Source of the DNA: an uncultured Armatimonadetes bacterium
GTDB lineage: Bacteria > Armatimonadota > UBA5829 > DTJY01
DNA length: 64,000 nucleotides
Assembly (NCBI GenBank): GCA_963717145.1
Contig: OY970325.1
Coordinates: 4,128,001-4,192,000 of the forward strand
Reading direction: 5' to 3'
A model generated the notes under the pieces. That model was not told the origin of the DNA. It saw only the letters and a program-made list of their open reading frames with translations, and ran no database searches. The position numbers and the translations under genes were made by a program. This document shows positions 1 to 8,673 of the stretch, piece by piece; position 1 is the stretch's first letter, and each line of letters starts with the position of its first letter.

Positions 1-962
1 ATGAACTGTCTCACATACTGCAGTGAAACTGTTGTCAATACAGAGTCGGGCAACACCAAGGCAAGCCGACCAGGTCTGCCGCCGGCCTTAAGAAGCTCGA
101 TACATCGCTCCAAGAACAGGAGTTCGCTCTTCTGAGCACGTCGGATGGATCCCCTGGACCCCAGATCGAATTGCTCGAGTGTTTCCGGCTCAGAGACGAT
201 ACCCCCAAATGGGGGATTTGTGGCAACTACGTCGCATGAAGCGGGTGTCAGCCGCGACACGGCGGTGAGGGTCGGCCAAGCGGATAGGGCATTTGCGCAA
301 AAAACGTTGGAGTGCCCGTCTCCATGTAGCACCATGGTTACCATCGCCAAGTGCGCCAATCGCTCGTTTAGCTCGACTCCCACCAGGTGCTGGGAAGCAT
401 ACTGAGCTACATTCAGATCTGGGTTGCGCTGGGATACGTAATTCAAGCCGTAGAGAAGGAAACCGCCACTGCCACACGCAGGGTCCGCGAGGACATCATC
501 GGGTCCAGGGTTCAATATCGTGATGGCCAGTTGAACTATTGGCCTTGGCGTAAGGTACTGACCGAGCTCAGCCTTAAAAACATCTCCAAGGAAGGCTTCA
601 AAAGCTCTTCCGGGCGAGTCCAAATCCGATTCCACCAAAGACAAGTCCTGGAGTTGTTCGACTACGTTAGATACGATCTGCTCGGATACTGCCAGAGGTT
701 TGTTGAACACTCCAGGATATGCATTGCAGGCTTGGTCATACACCTCCAGGACTCGAACGGCTGTGTCGTGAGCCGTCTCGCCGTTTTGCCTCCTGAACTC
801 CCCTTTCCCCTGCACCTCATCGTATACCTTGGCAAAAAGCAATTTGGAGAACTCATCAAACGCTGTGACAGGATCACGCCGTCCACTCTCCCAGAGCATC
901 TTGTGTGAGTTCGCGAATCGCTCCTTGAGTTGTGCCAGTGCAACCTTGTGCGGTCGGTTCAT
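1..962 (-). CDS. N6-adenine DNA methyltransferase (type I RM HsdM-like), 3' end runs off window
   Basis: Manual translation of the minus strand from ATG at 962: MNRPHKVALAQLKERF...GQYLTPRPIV...DPACGSGGFL...TNPPFG...LFLERCIELL; SAM-binding motif I and NPPF motif IV; no stop before window edge; absent from ORF track. Confidence 0.9.
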   Translation of the reverse strand, partial: MNRPHKVALAQLKERFANSHKMLWESGRRDPVTAFDEFSKLLFAKVYDEVQGKGEFRRQNGETAHDTAVRVLEVYDQACNAYPGVFNKPLAVSEQIVSNVVEQLQDLSLVESDLDSPGRAFEAFLGDVFKAELGQYLTPRPIVQLAITILNPGPDDVLADPACGSGGFLLYGLNYVSQRNPDLNVAQYASQHLVGVELNERLAHLAMVTMVLHGDGHSNVFCANALSAWPTLTAVSRLTPASCDVVATNPPFGGIVSEPETLEQFDLGSRGSIRRAQKSELLFLERCIELLKAGGRPGRLALVLPDSVLTTVSLQYVRQF

Positions 963-1135
963 CTTGTCCGCTGCGCTTTCTGTGCTAGTCTTGCCATCAT
1001 GAGAACAGAGCCGTTCATCACATGCGTTCGGCAACCATACGCAATCTTCCTTCCGAATCCGTTTTCAAACCAAAGCCGATCCGGGGATGTCGGATCGGCT
1101 TTGGTTCCACATATCTGTACATGGCAGTTGTAGTG

Positions 1136-3526
1136 CTAGACCCCCACCCTGACATTCGACTCGGAGAGGGATTCGGCGGCCTCGGGCGATTCCTTGTAGT
1201 CGCAGCCCTCTTTCGTGCACTTCACACCCTGTGGTTTGCCGCGATACTGCTTCTCGACAAGCATCCCGCCGCAGGTCGGGCATTTCCTGTCGAGCGGCTT
1301 GCCGGGCAGGATGAGCTTGCAGTCGGGATACCGGTCGCACCCGTAGAACGGGCCCATCCGCGAGAACTTCTGGACGATGTGCCCCGTGCAGCCCTCGTTC
1401 GGACAGGGGGTTCCCTCTCCTTCGCCCTCCTTCGGGATGTTGATGATCGTCTTGCACTTCGGGTAGCCCGAGCAGCCGAGGAATTCGCCGTACTTGCCCT
1501 GACGCTTCAGGAGCGGCTTCCCGCACTTCGGGCACATCTGATCGGTCACCTCGGGAGCGGCAACCGCGCCGCGTGAAACGAACTCGCACTCTTCGTTGCT
1601 GCACCGGTACTTCGAGCTTCCCGGCGACTCCTCTACGATCTCTCCGCCGCAGCCCGGGACGGGGCATGCCTCGCCGAGCTTCTTGTTGACGATGGTCTTG
1701 CACTTCGGGTAGCCGGAGCAGCTCAGGAATGCGCCGTACCTGCTCTCACGGATGACGAGCGGCTTCCCGCAGTTCGGGCACACTTCCTCGGTCTCGATCG
1801 CGGACTTCTTGATCCGCTCCATGTTCTCTTTGGCCTCGGCAAGCTCGTGCTCGAACGGACCCCAGAACCCGCGTATCACGTTGACCCAGTCGAGTTCGCC
1901 TTCCTCGATCTCGTCCAGCTTGTCCTCGATCCCGGCCGTGAAAGTGACGTCCATGATGTCGGGGAAATGCTTGACCAGCAGGTCCGTGACCGTGCATCCG
2001 AGGTCGGTCGGCTTGAACTTCCGCTCGGCCAGGGTGACGTATTCGCGGTCCTGGATCGTCGAGATGATGCTCGCGTAGGTGCTCGGGCGGCCGATCCCCT
2101 TCTCTTCCAGCGCCTTGACCAGCGTGGCCTCGGTGTATCGTGGCGGCGGCTCGGTGAAGTGCTGCTTCGGGATCAGTTCGAGCAGTCGGAGCAGCTCATC
2201 CTTCGTGAGCTTCGGGAGGAGTTGGTTCTCATCGTCCTCCTCCTTCCCGCTGCCGTTGTCCTTGCCCTCGGTGTAAAGCACTGTGAACCCGGCGAACTTG
2301 ACGGTCGAGCCGGTTGCCCGGAAAACATATTCTGTCGCGGAAACATCAACGGTGACGACATCGAGCACCGCAGATTCCATCTGGCTTGCCAGGAACCGCT
2401 GCCAGATCAGCTTGTAGAGGCGGAACTGGTCCTTGTTCAGGATGCTCTCGAGGTGCTCCGGCCTTCGCAGAACGGATGTCGGACGGATCGCCTCATGCGC
2501 GTCCTGTGCCGACTTGCGCGACTTGTACACTCGGGGCGCGGGTGGGAGATACTGCGGGCCGTATGCTTCGAGGATGTATTCGCGCGCCTCTTCGACCGCC
2601 TCCTGCGCGATGCGCGTCGAGTCGGTTCGCATATATGTGATAAGGCCGACGTGGCCCTCTTCGCCGAGTTCGATGCCCTCATAGAGCATCTGTGCGACTG
2701 ACATCGTCTTCTTGTTCGAGAATCCGAGTTTGCGCGAAGCCTCCTGCTGGAGCGTGCTGGTGATGAACGGCGGCGCGGGATTACGCTTCTGCTCGCGCTC
2801 TCTGACGTCGGCGACTGCCCAGGTCGCTCCCTCGAGGTCGGAGAGGATGCGACTCGACTCTTCCTCGCTTCCGACCTTGATCTTCTCGCCTTTCTTCTCG
2901 ACCAGCTTGGCGTTGAACGACTTCTCCTCAGCCAGTTTGGTGAGTGTTGCAGTGAGCGACCAATACTCCTCGGGCACGAACGCGAGGATCTCGCGCTCCC
3001 GGTCGCTGATCAGTCGGACTGCGACGCTCTGCACGCGTCCGGCGCTCAGGTTCTTCTTTACCTTGCTCCAGAGCAGTGGGCTGAGCTTGTAGCCGACGAG
3101 TCTGTCGAGGACACGTCGCGCCTGCTGTGCATCCACGAGCTTGTCGTTGACGTCATGGGGATGGCGGAGCGCCTCCTGGACGGCATTGCGCGTGATCTCG
3201 TTGAAGCTGATGCGCCTGGCATCCTTGAGTTTCAGCGTCTGCTCGAGGTGCCATGCGATGGCCTCTCCCTCACGGTCAGGGTCTGTCGCGAGGTACACAT
3301 GTTCGACTCCCGCTGCGGCGTCTCTGAGGCGCTTGATGACATCTTTCCGATCCGGGATCGCCGTGTATGACGGCTTGAAGTCGTGCTCGACATCTACGCC
3401 GAGTTCCCGCTTCGGGAGATCGCGAACGTGGCCCATCGACGCCTCGATCTGGAAATCCTTCCCCAGAAAGTTCTTAAGCGTCCTGGTCTTGGCCGGTGAC
3501 TCAACTATGATCAGGGATTTTCCCAC
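1136..3526 (-). CDS. topA: DNA topoisomerase I (type IA) with C-terminal Cys4 zinc ribbons
   Basis: LIIVESPAK, ATDPDREGEAI, SAGRVQS, LITYMRTDS (catalytic Tyr), repeated CPxCG...CSGYPKC; likely GTG start at 3526 (ORF open to 3601). Confidence 0.97.
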   Translation of the reverse strand: MGKSLIIVESPAKTRTLKNFLGKDFQIEASMGHVRDLPKRELGVDVEHDFKPSYTAIPDRKDVIKRLRDAAAGVEHVYLATDPDREGEAIAWHLEQTLKLKDARRISFNEITRNAVQEALRHPHDVNDKLVDAQQARRVLDRLVGYKLSPLLWSKVKKNLSAGRVQSVAVRLISDREREILAFVPEEYWSLTATLTKLAEEKSFNAKLVEKKGEKIKVGSEEESSRILSDLEGATWAVADVREREQKRNPAPPFITSTLQQEASRKLGFSNKKTMSVAQMLYEGIELGEEGHVGLITYMRTDSTRIAQEAVEEAREYILEAYGPQYLPPAPRVYKSRKSAQDAHEAIRPTSVLRRPEHLESILNKDQFRLYKLIWQRFLASQMESAVLDVVTVDVSATEYVFRATGSTVKFAGFTVLYTEGKDNGSGKEEDDENQLLPKLTKDELLRLLELIPKQHFTEPPPRYTEATLVKALEEKGIGRPSTYASIISTIQDREYVTLAERKFKPTDLGCTVTDLLVKHFPDIMDVTFTAGIEDKLDEIEEGELDWVNVIRGFWGPFEHELAEAKENMERIKKSAIETEEVCPNCGKPLVIRESRYGAFLSCSGYPKCKTIVNKKLGEACPVPGCGGEIVEESPGSSKYRCSNEECEFVSRGAVAAPEVTDQMCPKCGKPLLKRQGKYGEFLGCSGYPKCKTIINIPKEGEGEGTPCPNEGCTGHIVQKFSRMGPFYGCDRYPDCKLILPGKPLDRKCPTCGGMLVEKQYRGKPQGVKCTKEGCDYKESPEAAESLSESNVRVGV

Positions 3527-3719
3527 TACTTGGTTCCTCTGCTCCTTGTGTTCCTCGCCCTTTGGCTCCTGCGACTCATTATCGGAGAGGCGCGTCTGCA
3601 TCTCTAGACTGCGAAATACCCCAGCGGGTTCCGCGCAAAACGAAGCCTGCCGTCGGGTGCCGGCAGGCGCGAGACATCATTTAACCATATCGAGAGCTAT
3701 TCCGCAAGCCTCAGGGGGA

Positions 3720-4223
3720 TCACGTATGCCGCCACGGACCAGGGAACGGCCCGGGGAACGGACCCGGCCACGGGCCTTTGAACTGCTGACCGAACGGCAT
3801 CCAGATCAGCGGGATGAAGCCGGCGATGAGAGCAACGGCTCCCGCGATTATGACCCACATGCCGCGATTGTCGCCCCTCGAGTACGCCATCGCTCCGAGG
3901 ACTATCGCCGCGATCGAGAGAAGCCACGAACAGCAGCAACAGCACCCGAATAGCCCCAGGCCGGCGCACACGAAACCTACGATCACCAGGGTATCGGTAT
4001 CCTGGCGGTTCCTCGGAGGCGCATAAACCGGTGAAGACGGCGGTGTCGGCGGGACCGGGGATACGGGTTGTACCGGCGGCACAGGGGGAACAGGCTGCGG
4101 TGACTGCGATTCCTGCTCCGTTTCCGTCACAAGCGGCTCCCCGCACTGCCAGCAGTTCGCGCTGGATGGGAAGCTTGCTGCTCCACATTTCGAGCACGCG
4201 ATTCTGTTCGGATTCTCGTTCAC
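3720..4223 (-). CDS. Zinc-ribbon / Pro-rich / DUF4190-like membrane protein
   Basis: CSKCG..CWQCG ribbon, Pro-rich linker, two hydrophobic helices with Cys run. Confidence 0.7.
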   Translation of the reverse strand: MNENPNRIACSKCGAASFPSSANCWQCGEPLVTETEQESQSPQPVPPVPPVQPVSPVPPTPPSSPVYAPPRNRQDTDTLVIVGFVCAGLGLFGCCCCCSWLLSIAAIVLGAMAYSRGDNRGMWVIIAGAVALIAGFIPLIWMPFGQQFKGPWPGPFPGPFPGPWRHT

Positions 4224-4326
4224 GATTGTCCTCCCGAACCGGCCGGTGTGGACTGCCCGCCGGGTTAATCCGATACTCCACTACCCAGTTATTCTACCTT
4301 CGCTCCGATAGTCCTACCTGCGAAGT

Positions 4327-4494
4327 CCCCAATGCCGTAGGGGCGATCCTTCTACGGTCGCCCGTCGATGTGGCGACTGCCGGCCCCAACGCCGTAGGGG
4401 CGATCCTTCTACGGTCGCCCGCCGATGTAGTGGCCGCGCCTCCGTGCCGGCCATCCGCCGGACCTGGCCGGCACGGAGGCGCGGCCACTACATC
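4327..4494. repeat. Composite REP-like cluster: two 57-bp-period GTAGGGGCGATC..GGTCGCCC units plus a GTAGTGGCCG-family palindrome
   Basis: Direct repeats at 4327 and 4384; inverted repeat 4424-4494. Confidence 0.85.
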
Positions 4495-4853
4495 ACAATC
4501 CGAAGCACTCCGAAAACGAACAGCAGACCGAATGCCGACAAGGTCAGCGCCAACACACGCCGTCTCGCCCAGTCGAGCACGGCGGTACGACGCCCCGTCA
4601 GCGCCTCGTACACGCCGACGACCCACCAGAGTGCGAACGCGGCCGCAAACACGACCGCCAACGGATGGAACTCCATCGCCCGCCGGAGATCGAGATGCGC
4701 CAACGCGATGGTTGCCCGCGTCATCCCGCATGTGAGGCATGGATAGCCGGTCACATGATAAAAGACGCACGTCGCGGGCAGATGGTTGACCGGCAGGAAC
4801 CGAAAGGCCATCACGATGATGGGAAGTGAGGCTACTATGGCAAGCTTTCTCAT
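4488..4853 (-). CDS. DUF2752 family membrane protein
   Basis: CVFYHVTGYPCLTCGMTRA motif. Confidence 0.85.
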   Translation of the reverse strand: MRKLAIVASLPIIVMAFRFLPVNHLPATCVFYHVTGYPCLTCGMTRATIALAHLDLRRAMEFHPLAVVFAAAFALWWVVGVYEALTGRRTAVLDWARRRVLALTLSAFGLLFVFGVLRIVM

Positions 4854-4898
4854 CCGATTGGATTGTAGCAAACGGCCGTCGCCTTGTCCAATCGGGCA

Positions 4899-5074
4899 GG
4901 GTGCATTTCCGCAGAGTGAGTCAGCCTCTCGTTATGCCACCAGAGTGGCTACTCGAGGAGAACGGTTGGGTGGCTTGCCAAGCTTCCCAGGCCCCAAACC
5001 CGTCTAGTCTCGAGTAGGTTTCTCTGGAAACCATAACGAGAGACGGTCGCCACCCACTCAACTCGAATGCACCC
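4899..5074. mobile_element. MITE copy 1 (176 bp), TIR GGGTGCATT, 9-bp TSD AATCGGGCA
   Basis: TSD at 4890-4898 and 5075-5083; homologous copy at 55792-55963. Confidence 0.9.
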
Positions 5075-5159
5075 AATCGGGCAGGAGAGTGTCTACTCGT
5101 CATGGTGTGCGAGACATCCGTCGCCGAATATGCTAAACTCTAGGCGGAGGGACCATCGT

Positions 5160-7832
5160 ATGCCGGACCGCACAACTCACGCTCCGTTCCGATACCGCAG
5201 CCTGGACGAACTCCGGGCCGCGATCGACCAGCTTGGCCTCGATATTGCCGTCGACGAGGACACGTCGATCCTGGCGCGGCCCCTCCAGGTCGCAGGACGG
5301 ACGATCCCCAACTCGATGGCGATCCAGCCGATGGAGGGCTGTGATGCCCAGCCCGACGGTTCGCCGGACGAGCTGACCGTCCGCCGGTACAAACGGTTCG
5401 GCGCGGGCGGAGCGGGCCTCCTGTGGTTCGAGGCCACGGCGGTCGTCCCCGAGGGCCGAGCGAATCCCCGTCAGCTTTGGATCCGCCCGGAGACGAAGGA
5501 CGCCTTCGCCCGCATGCTCGATGACTCCCGAAAGGCGGCAGCCGAGTCGATGGGGGCGAGTCATCGGCCGTTCGCCGTGCTTCAGCTCACTCATTCAGGC
5601 CGATACAGCAGGCCCGGGAAGTCGCCGTCGCCGATCATCGCCCAGCACGATCCGCTCCTCGATCCGACCAGAGGCACTCCGCCCGATCAGCCGGTGATCA
5701 CGGACGACGAACTCGATGCCCTGCAGGATCGGTACGTCGAGGCTGCCCGTCTGGCGTTCGAGGCGGGATTCGATGCCGTCGATGTGAAGGCATGCCACCG
5801 GTATCTGATCAACGAATTGCTGGCATCGCACACGAGAGAGGGCCGCTACGGAGGGAGCTACGAGAATCGGACGCGCTTCCTCAAGAACGTCATCGGCCGC
5901 ATATTCGATGAACTCGGGCGCGATAAGATCGTCACCACCCGCCTGGGAATCCACGACGCGCATCCCCATCCCTACGGCTGGGGCATGGACCCCGATGAGC
6001 CGAAGCGCCTCATCCGCGAGCTTCAACAGATGGGCGTGCGGCTGATCGACATCACGATGGGCAACCCGTACTTCAACCCGCACGTGAATCGCCCATACGA
6101 CACGCCGAGTATCGGCTTAGACCTACCTCACGAGAACCCGCTCGCCGGCGAGGAGCGGCTGATCACACTCACTCGCCAAGTACGAGAGGGGCTGTCGGAC
6201 ATGGCCGTCATCGGCAGCGGGTACAGTTGGCTGCGAAACCTCTGGCCGTATGTCGCGGCGGCGGAGATCAGGCGCGGGAGCGTGCAGATGGTCGGCCTCG
6301 GACGCCAGGCGTTCGCGTTCCCCGGTTTCGCGAAAGAGATCATCGAGACCGGCAAGCTCGACATCCGGCACACTTGCATCACGTGCTCCTCATGCACGCA
6401 GATCATGCGCGACGGAGGGACCGCCGGATGCGTGCCGTTCGATCGCGAGGTCTACGGGCCGATCTACCGCGAGGGACGGCATAACAGCCTCGACTATATC
6501 CTGGCGCAGGCGTCCCGGTGCCGCGATTGCTTCGACCCTCAGTGCAAGGACGGTTGCCCGGCGGGAGTCGATATCCCCGGCTTCGTCCGCGCGCTTGCGG
6601 ATGGTGATATCAGGGGCTCGTACGAGATCCTCCGCGACCGGAATGCACTCCCGGAGACGTGCGGGTGCGTCTGCCCGTCGGAGGTCCAATGTGAAGGGCA
6701 CTGTGTGGAGAACGTCTTCTCGCAGAGCCCGGTGCCGGTCCGCGAACTGCAGCTCTACGTGAGCCGAATCGCCCGCGAGAACGGCTGGGCTTCGCTGGTG
6801 GTGTCTGACGCTGTAGGGGCGTGCCTTGTGCCGCCCGGTTCACCGTCGCAGGCGGCACAAGGCACGCCCCTACAGCGTCATGGACGGATCGCGGTGATCG
6901 GCGCGGGACCCGCCGGCCTCGCATGTGCCTCCGAGCTTCTTAGGCTCGGGCATTCGGTCGATCTCTTCGATCTCGGTGAGACAATTGGCGGAACGGCGGG
7001 CGGATCCATTCCATCCAAGCGGCTCGGGAATGACATCCTTGGCGACGAGGTGCAGGCGACGTTGGGCGACCGGCTGACATTCCATCCGGGTGAGGGCCTC
7101 ACCGCCGATCGAGACCTCGACTCGTTCGCGCGGGAGTACGACGCCGTCTTCCTCGGCATGGGGCTCGGCAAGTCGCCCACTCTGCTCAAGACCAGCCCTC
7201 ACCCCCAGCCCCTCTCCCACAGGGCGAGGGGAGTACAGGACGCAATCGCCTTCCTCTGGGCGTGCAAGAACGGGGAGGCGGTCGTGCCGGAGCGAGTGGC
7301 GGTGCTCGGCGGCGGAAACACCGCGATGGATGCCGCGACTCAGGCGGTCGAATGCGGCGCGAAGGATGTCTACCTCGTCTACCGGCGCTCGTTCGCCGAG
7401 ATGCCCGCTTGGCCCGCCGAACGGGACGAGGCGCTGAACCTCGGCGTCCACTTCCTACTGCTGACTCAGCCGCTGGGGTATGAGTTCGACGATGAGGGTC
7501 GGCTCAAGGGAGTCCGAATCGCGCGGACTGTGCTCGGCGAGCCGGATGCGTCAGGCAGGCGACGACCGGCCCTAGTGCCTGACAGCGAGTCGCTGCTTGA
7601 AGTCGATCTCGTGCTGGAGGCGCTCGGCCAGGGCGTACCCGAAGGCTTCGAGCGTGTGATCCCCGGCGTGGAGCTTTCAGGCGGCCTCATCAAGGTCGAC
7701 GAGTCAGGACGCACGTCACGTCCCAAAGTCTACGCGGGTGGCGATATCGTGAACGGCGGCACGACCGTCGTCCAGGCCGTCGCCGACGGCATGCGCGCAG
7801 CCCGCGACATACACTCATCGCTGCACTCTTGA
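5160..7832 (+). CDS. Fusion: NADH:flavin oxidoreductase (OYE-like TIM barrel + Fe-S) and GltD/NfnB-like FAD/NAD(P) oxidoreductase
   Basis: QPMEGCD, QLTHSGR, KACHRYL, CITCSSC; then RCRDCFDPQCKDGCP, CGCVCP, VIGAGPAG, VLGGGNTAMD, YAGGD; SD GGAGG upstream. Confidence 0.9.
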   Translation: MPDRTTHAPFRYRSLDELRAAIDQLGLDIAVDEDTSILARPLQVAGRTIPNSMAIQPMEGCDAQPDGSPDELTVRRYKRFGAGGAGLLWFEATAVVPEGRANPRQLWIRPETKDAFARMLDDSRKAAAESMGASHRPFAVLQLTHSGRYSRPGKSPSPIIAQHDPLLDPTRGTPPDQPVITDDELDALQDRYVEAARLAFEAGFDAVDVKACHRYLINELLASHTREGRYGGSYENRTRFLKNVIGRIFDELGRDKIVTTRLGIHDAHPHPYGWGMDPDEPKRLIRELQQMGVRLIDITMGNPYFNPHVNRPYDTPSIGLDLPHENPLAGEERLITLTRQVREGLSDMAVIGSGYSWLRNLWPYVAAAEIRRGSVQMVGLGRQAFAFPGFAKEIIETGKLDIRHTCITCSSCTQIMRDGGTAGCVPFDREVYGPIYREGRHNSLDYILAQASRCRDCFDPQCKDGCPAGVDIPGFVRALADGDIRGSYEILRDRNALPETCGCVCPSEVQCEGHCVENVFSQSPVPVRELQLYVSRIARENGWASLVVSDAVGACLVPPGSPSQAAQGTPLQRHGRIAVIGAGPAGLACASELLRLGHSVDLFDLGETIGGTAGGSIPSKRLGNDILGDEVQATLGDRLTFHPGEGLTADRDLDSFAREYDAVFLGMGLGKSPTLLKTSPHPQPLSHRARGVQDAIAFLWACKNGEAVVPERVAVLGGGNTAMDAATQAVECGAKDVYLVYRRSFAEMPAWPAERDEALNLGVHFLLLTQPLGYEFDDEGRLKGVRIARTVLGEPDASGRRRPALVPDSESLLEVDLVLEALGQGVPEGFERVIPGVELSGGLIKVDESGRTSRPKVYAGGDIVNGGTTVVQAVADGMRAARDIHSSLHS
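6806..6880. repeat. REP-like palindrome (GTAGGGGCGTGCCTTGTGCCGCC family) inserted in-frame in CDS
   Basis: 30-bp perfect arms, 75 nt total; same family intergenic at 11401-11464. Confidence 0.9.
7196..7232. repeat. CCCTCACCCC..CCCTCTCCC..GAGGGG palindromic element inside CDS
   Basis: Matches intergenic element at 20453-20542; encodes PHPQPLSHRARG. Confidence 0.75.
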
Positions 7833-7856
7833 TATCCCATCGCCGATCACCGATCG

Positions 7857-8585
7857 CTACCCGATCTCGGCGCGAGCGTCCTTGCGGAGTGGGTTCGTCC
7901 GCGCGGCAAGCGAGAAGAGGAACGGGTAGTCCTTCCGCAGATGGATCATGTACTCCAGCCACTGGGTGAGCAGCGCGGTATATGCGCGCTCGGCGTCGAC
8001 CATGAGATGCATCAGATCACCCTCGGACGGCACCCCGATCTCCTCGCGGAGCCGCAGTTCGTCGCCCAGATGGAAGACCGCCCACAGCAGATCCGTGAAC
8101 GCCTCGTGCTCGAGGAGCATCGGATTCTCTAGAAGCCGGAGCATGAACTCGCGCTTCTCCGTCATGTACGCTTGGAGACCCCTGAGATGCGCCTGGTCCG
8201 GGGTGACAGCGAACGTTCGATCATTGCTCCATGTGATGGCGTCCCGTATGTGTTGCTCCGTCCAATCGGGCGCGACGGCGGCGTTCTGCGCGATCTCGTC
8301 CTGATCCGCTGCCATTTCCGCCATCAGCTTCAGTAGCCCCTGGCCGACCTCGCTGTAGAACGCGCCGATCACCATGTTCAGCTTGCGCCGGCGCTCGCCC
8401 ATCTCCCGTGCGGAGAGCATCTGGCTGATGATGATAGTGACGAGCAGCACCTCCAGCGGCATCAGGGCGAGATCAAGCAGCAGGTAAAACCCGATGCCGT
8501 GCGCATCGCGAAAGATGGCGTAGTGGACGGCATATCCAATCGCCGACGCGAGGATCAGCAGTAAGGCTATGGTGCGAGTTCGCAT
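7857..8585 (-). CDS. Conserved hypothetical membrane protein (2 N-terminal TM helices)
   Basis: Clean ORF with hydrophobic N-terminus, KLNMVIGAFYSEVG and LLEHEAFTDLLWAVFHL segments. Confidence 0.7.
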   Translation of the reverse strand: MRTRTIALLLILASAIGYAVHYAIFRDAHGIGFYLLLDLALMPLEVLLVTIIISQMLSAREMGERRRKLNMVIGAFYSEVGQGLLKLMAEMAADQDEIAQNAAVAPDWTEQHIRDAITWSNDRTFAVTPDQAHLRGLQAYMTEKREFMLRLLENPMLLEHEAFTDLLWAVFHLGDELRLREEIGVPSEGDLMHLMVDAERAYTALLTQWLEYMIHLRKDYPFLFSLAARTNPLRKDARAEIG

Positions 8586-8595
8586 GGTAGTATTG

Positions 8596-8667
8596 GTGAA
8601 CAGTGAACAGTAAACGGTGAACGGTGAGAATCCGGACTGTTCACTGTTTACCGTTCACCGTTCACTT
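8596..8667. repeat. Inverted arrays of heptamer GTGAAC(A/G)
   Basis: gtgaacagtgaacagtaaacggtgaacgg ... ctgttcactgtttaccgttcaccgttcac. Confidence 0.8.
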
Positions 8668-8673
8668 GATTCC

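Noticed and set aside
387-908. 173-aa plus-strand ORF
   Set aside because: Antisense shadow of the minus-strand methylase
4327-4430. 57-bp-period direct repeats as a CRISPR array
   Set aside because: Only two units, GTAG-type REP structure, no cas genes
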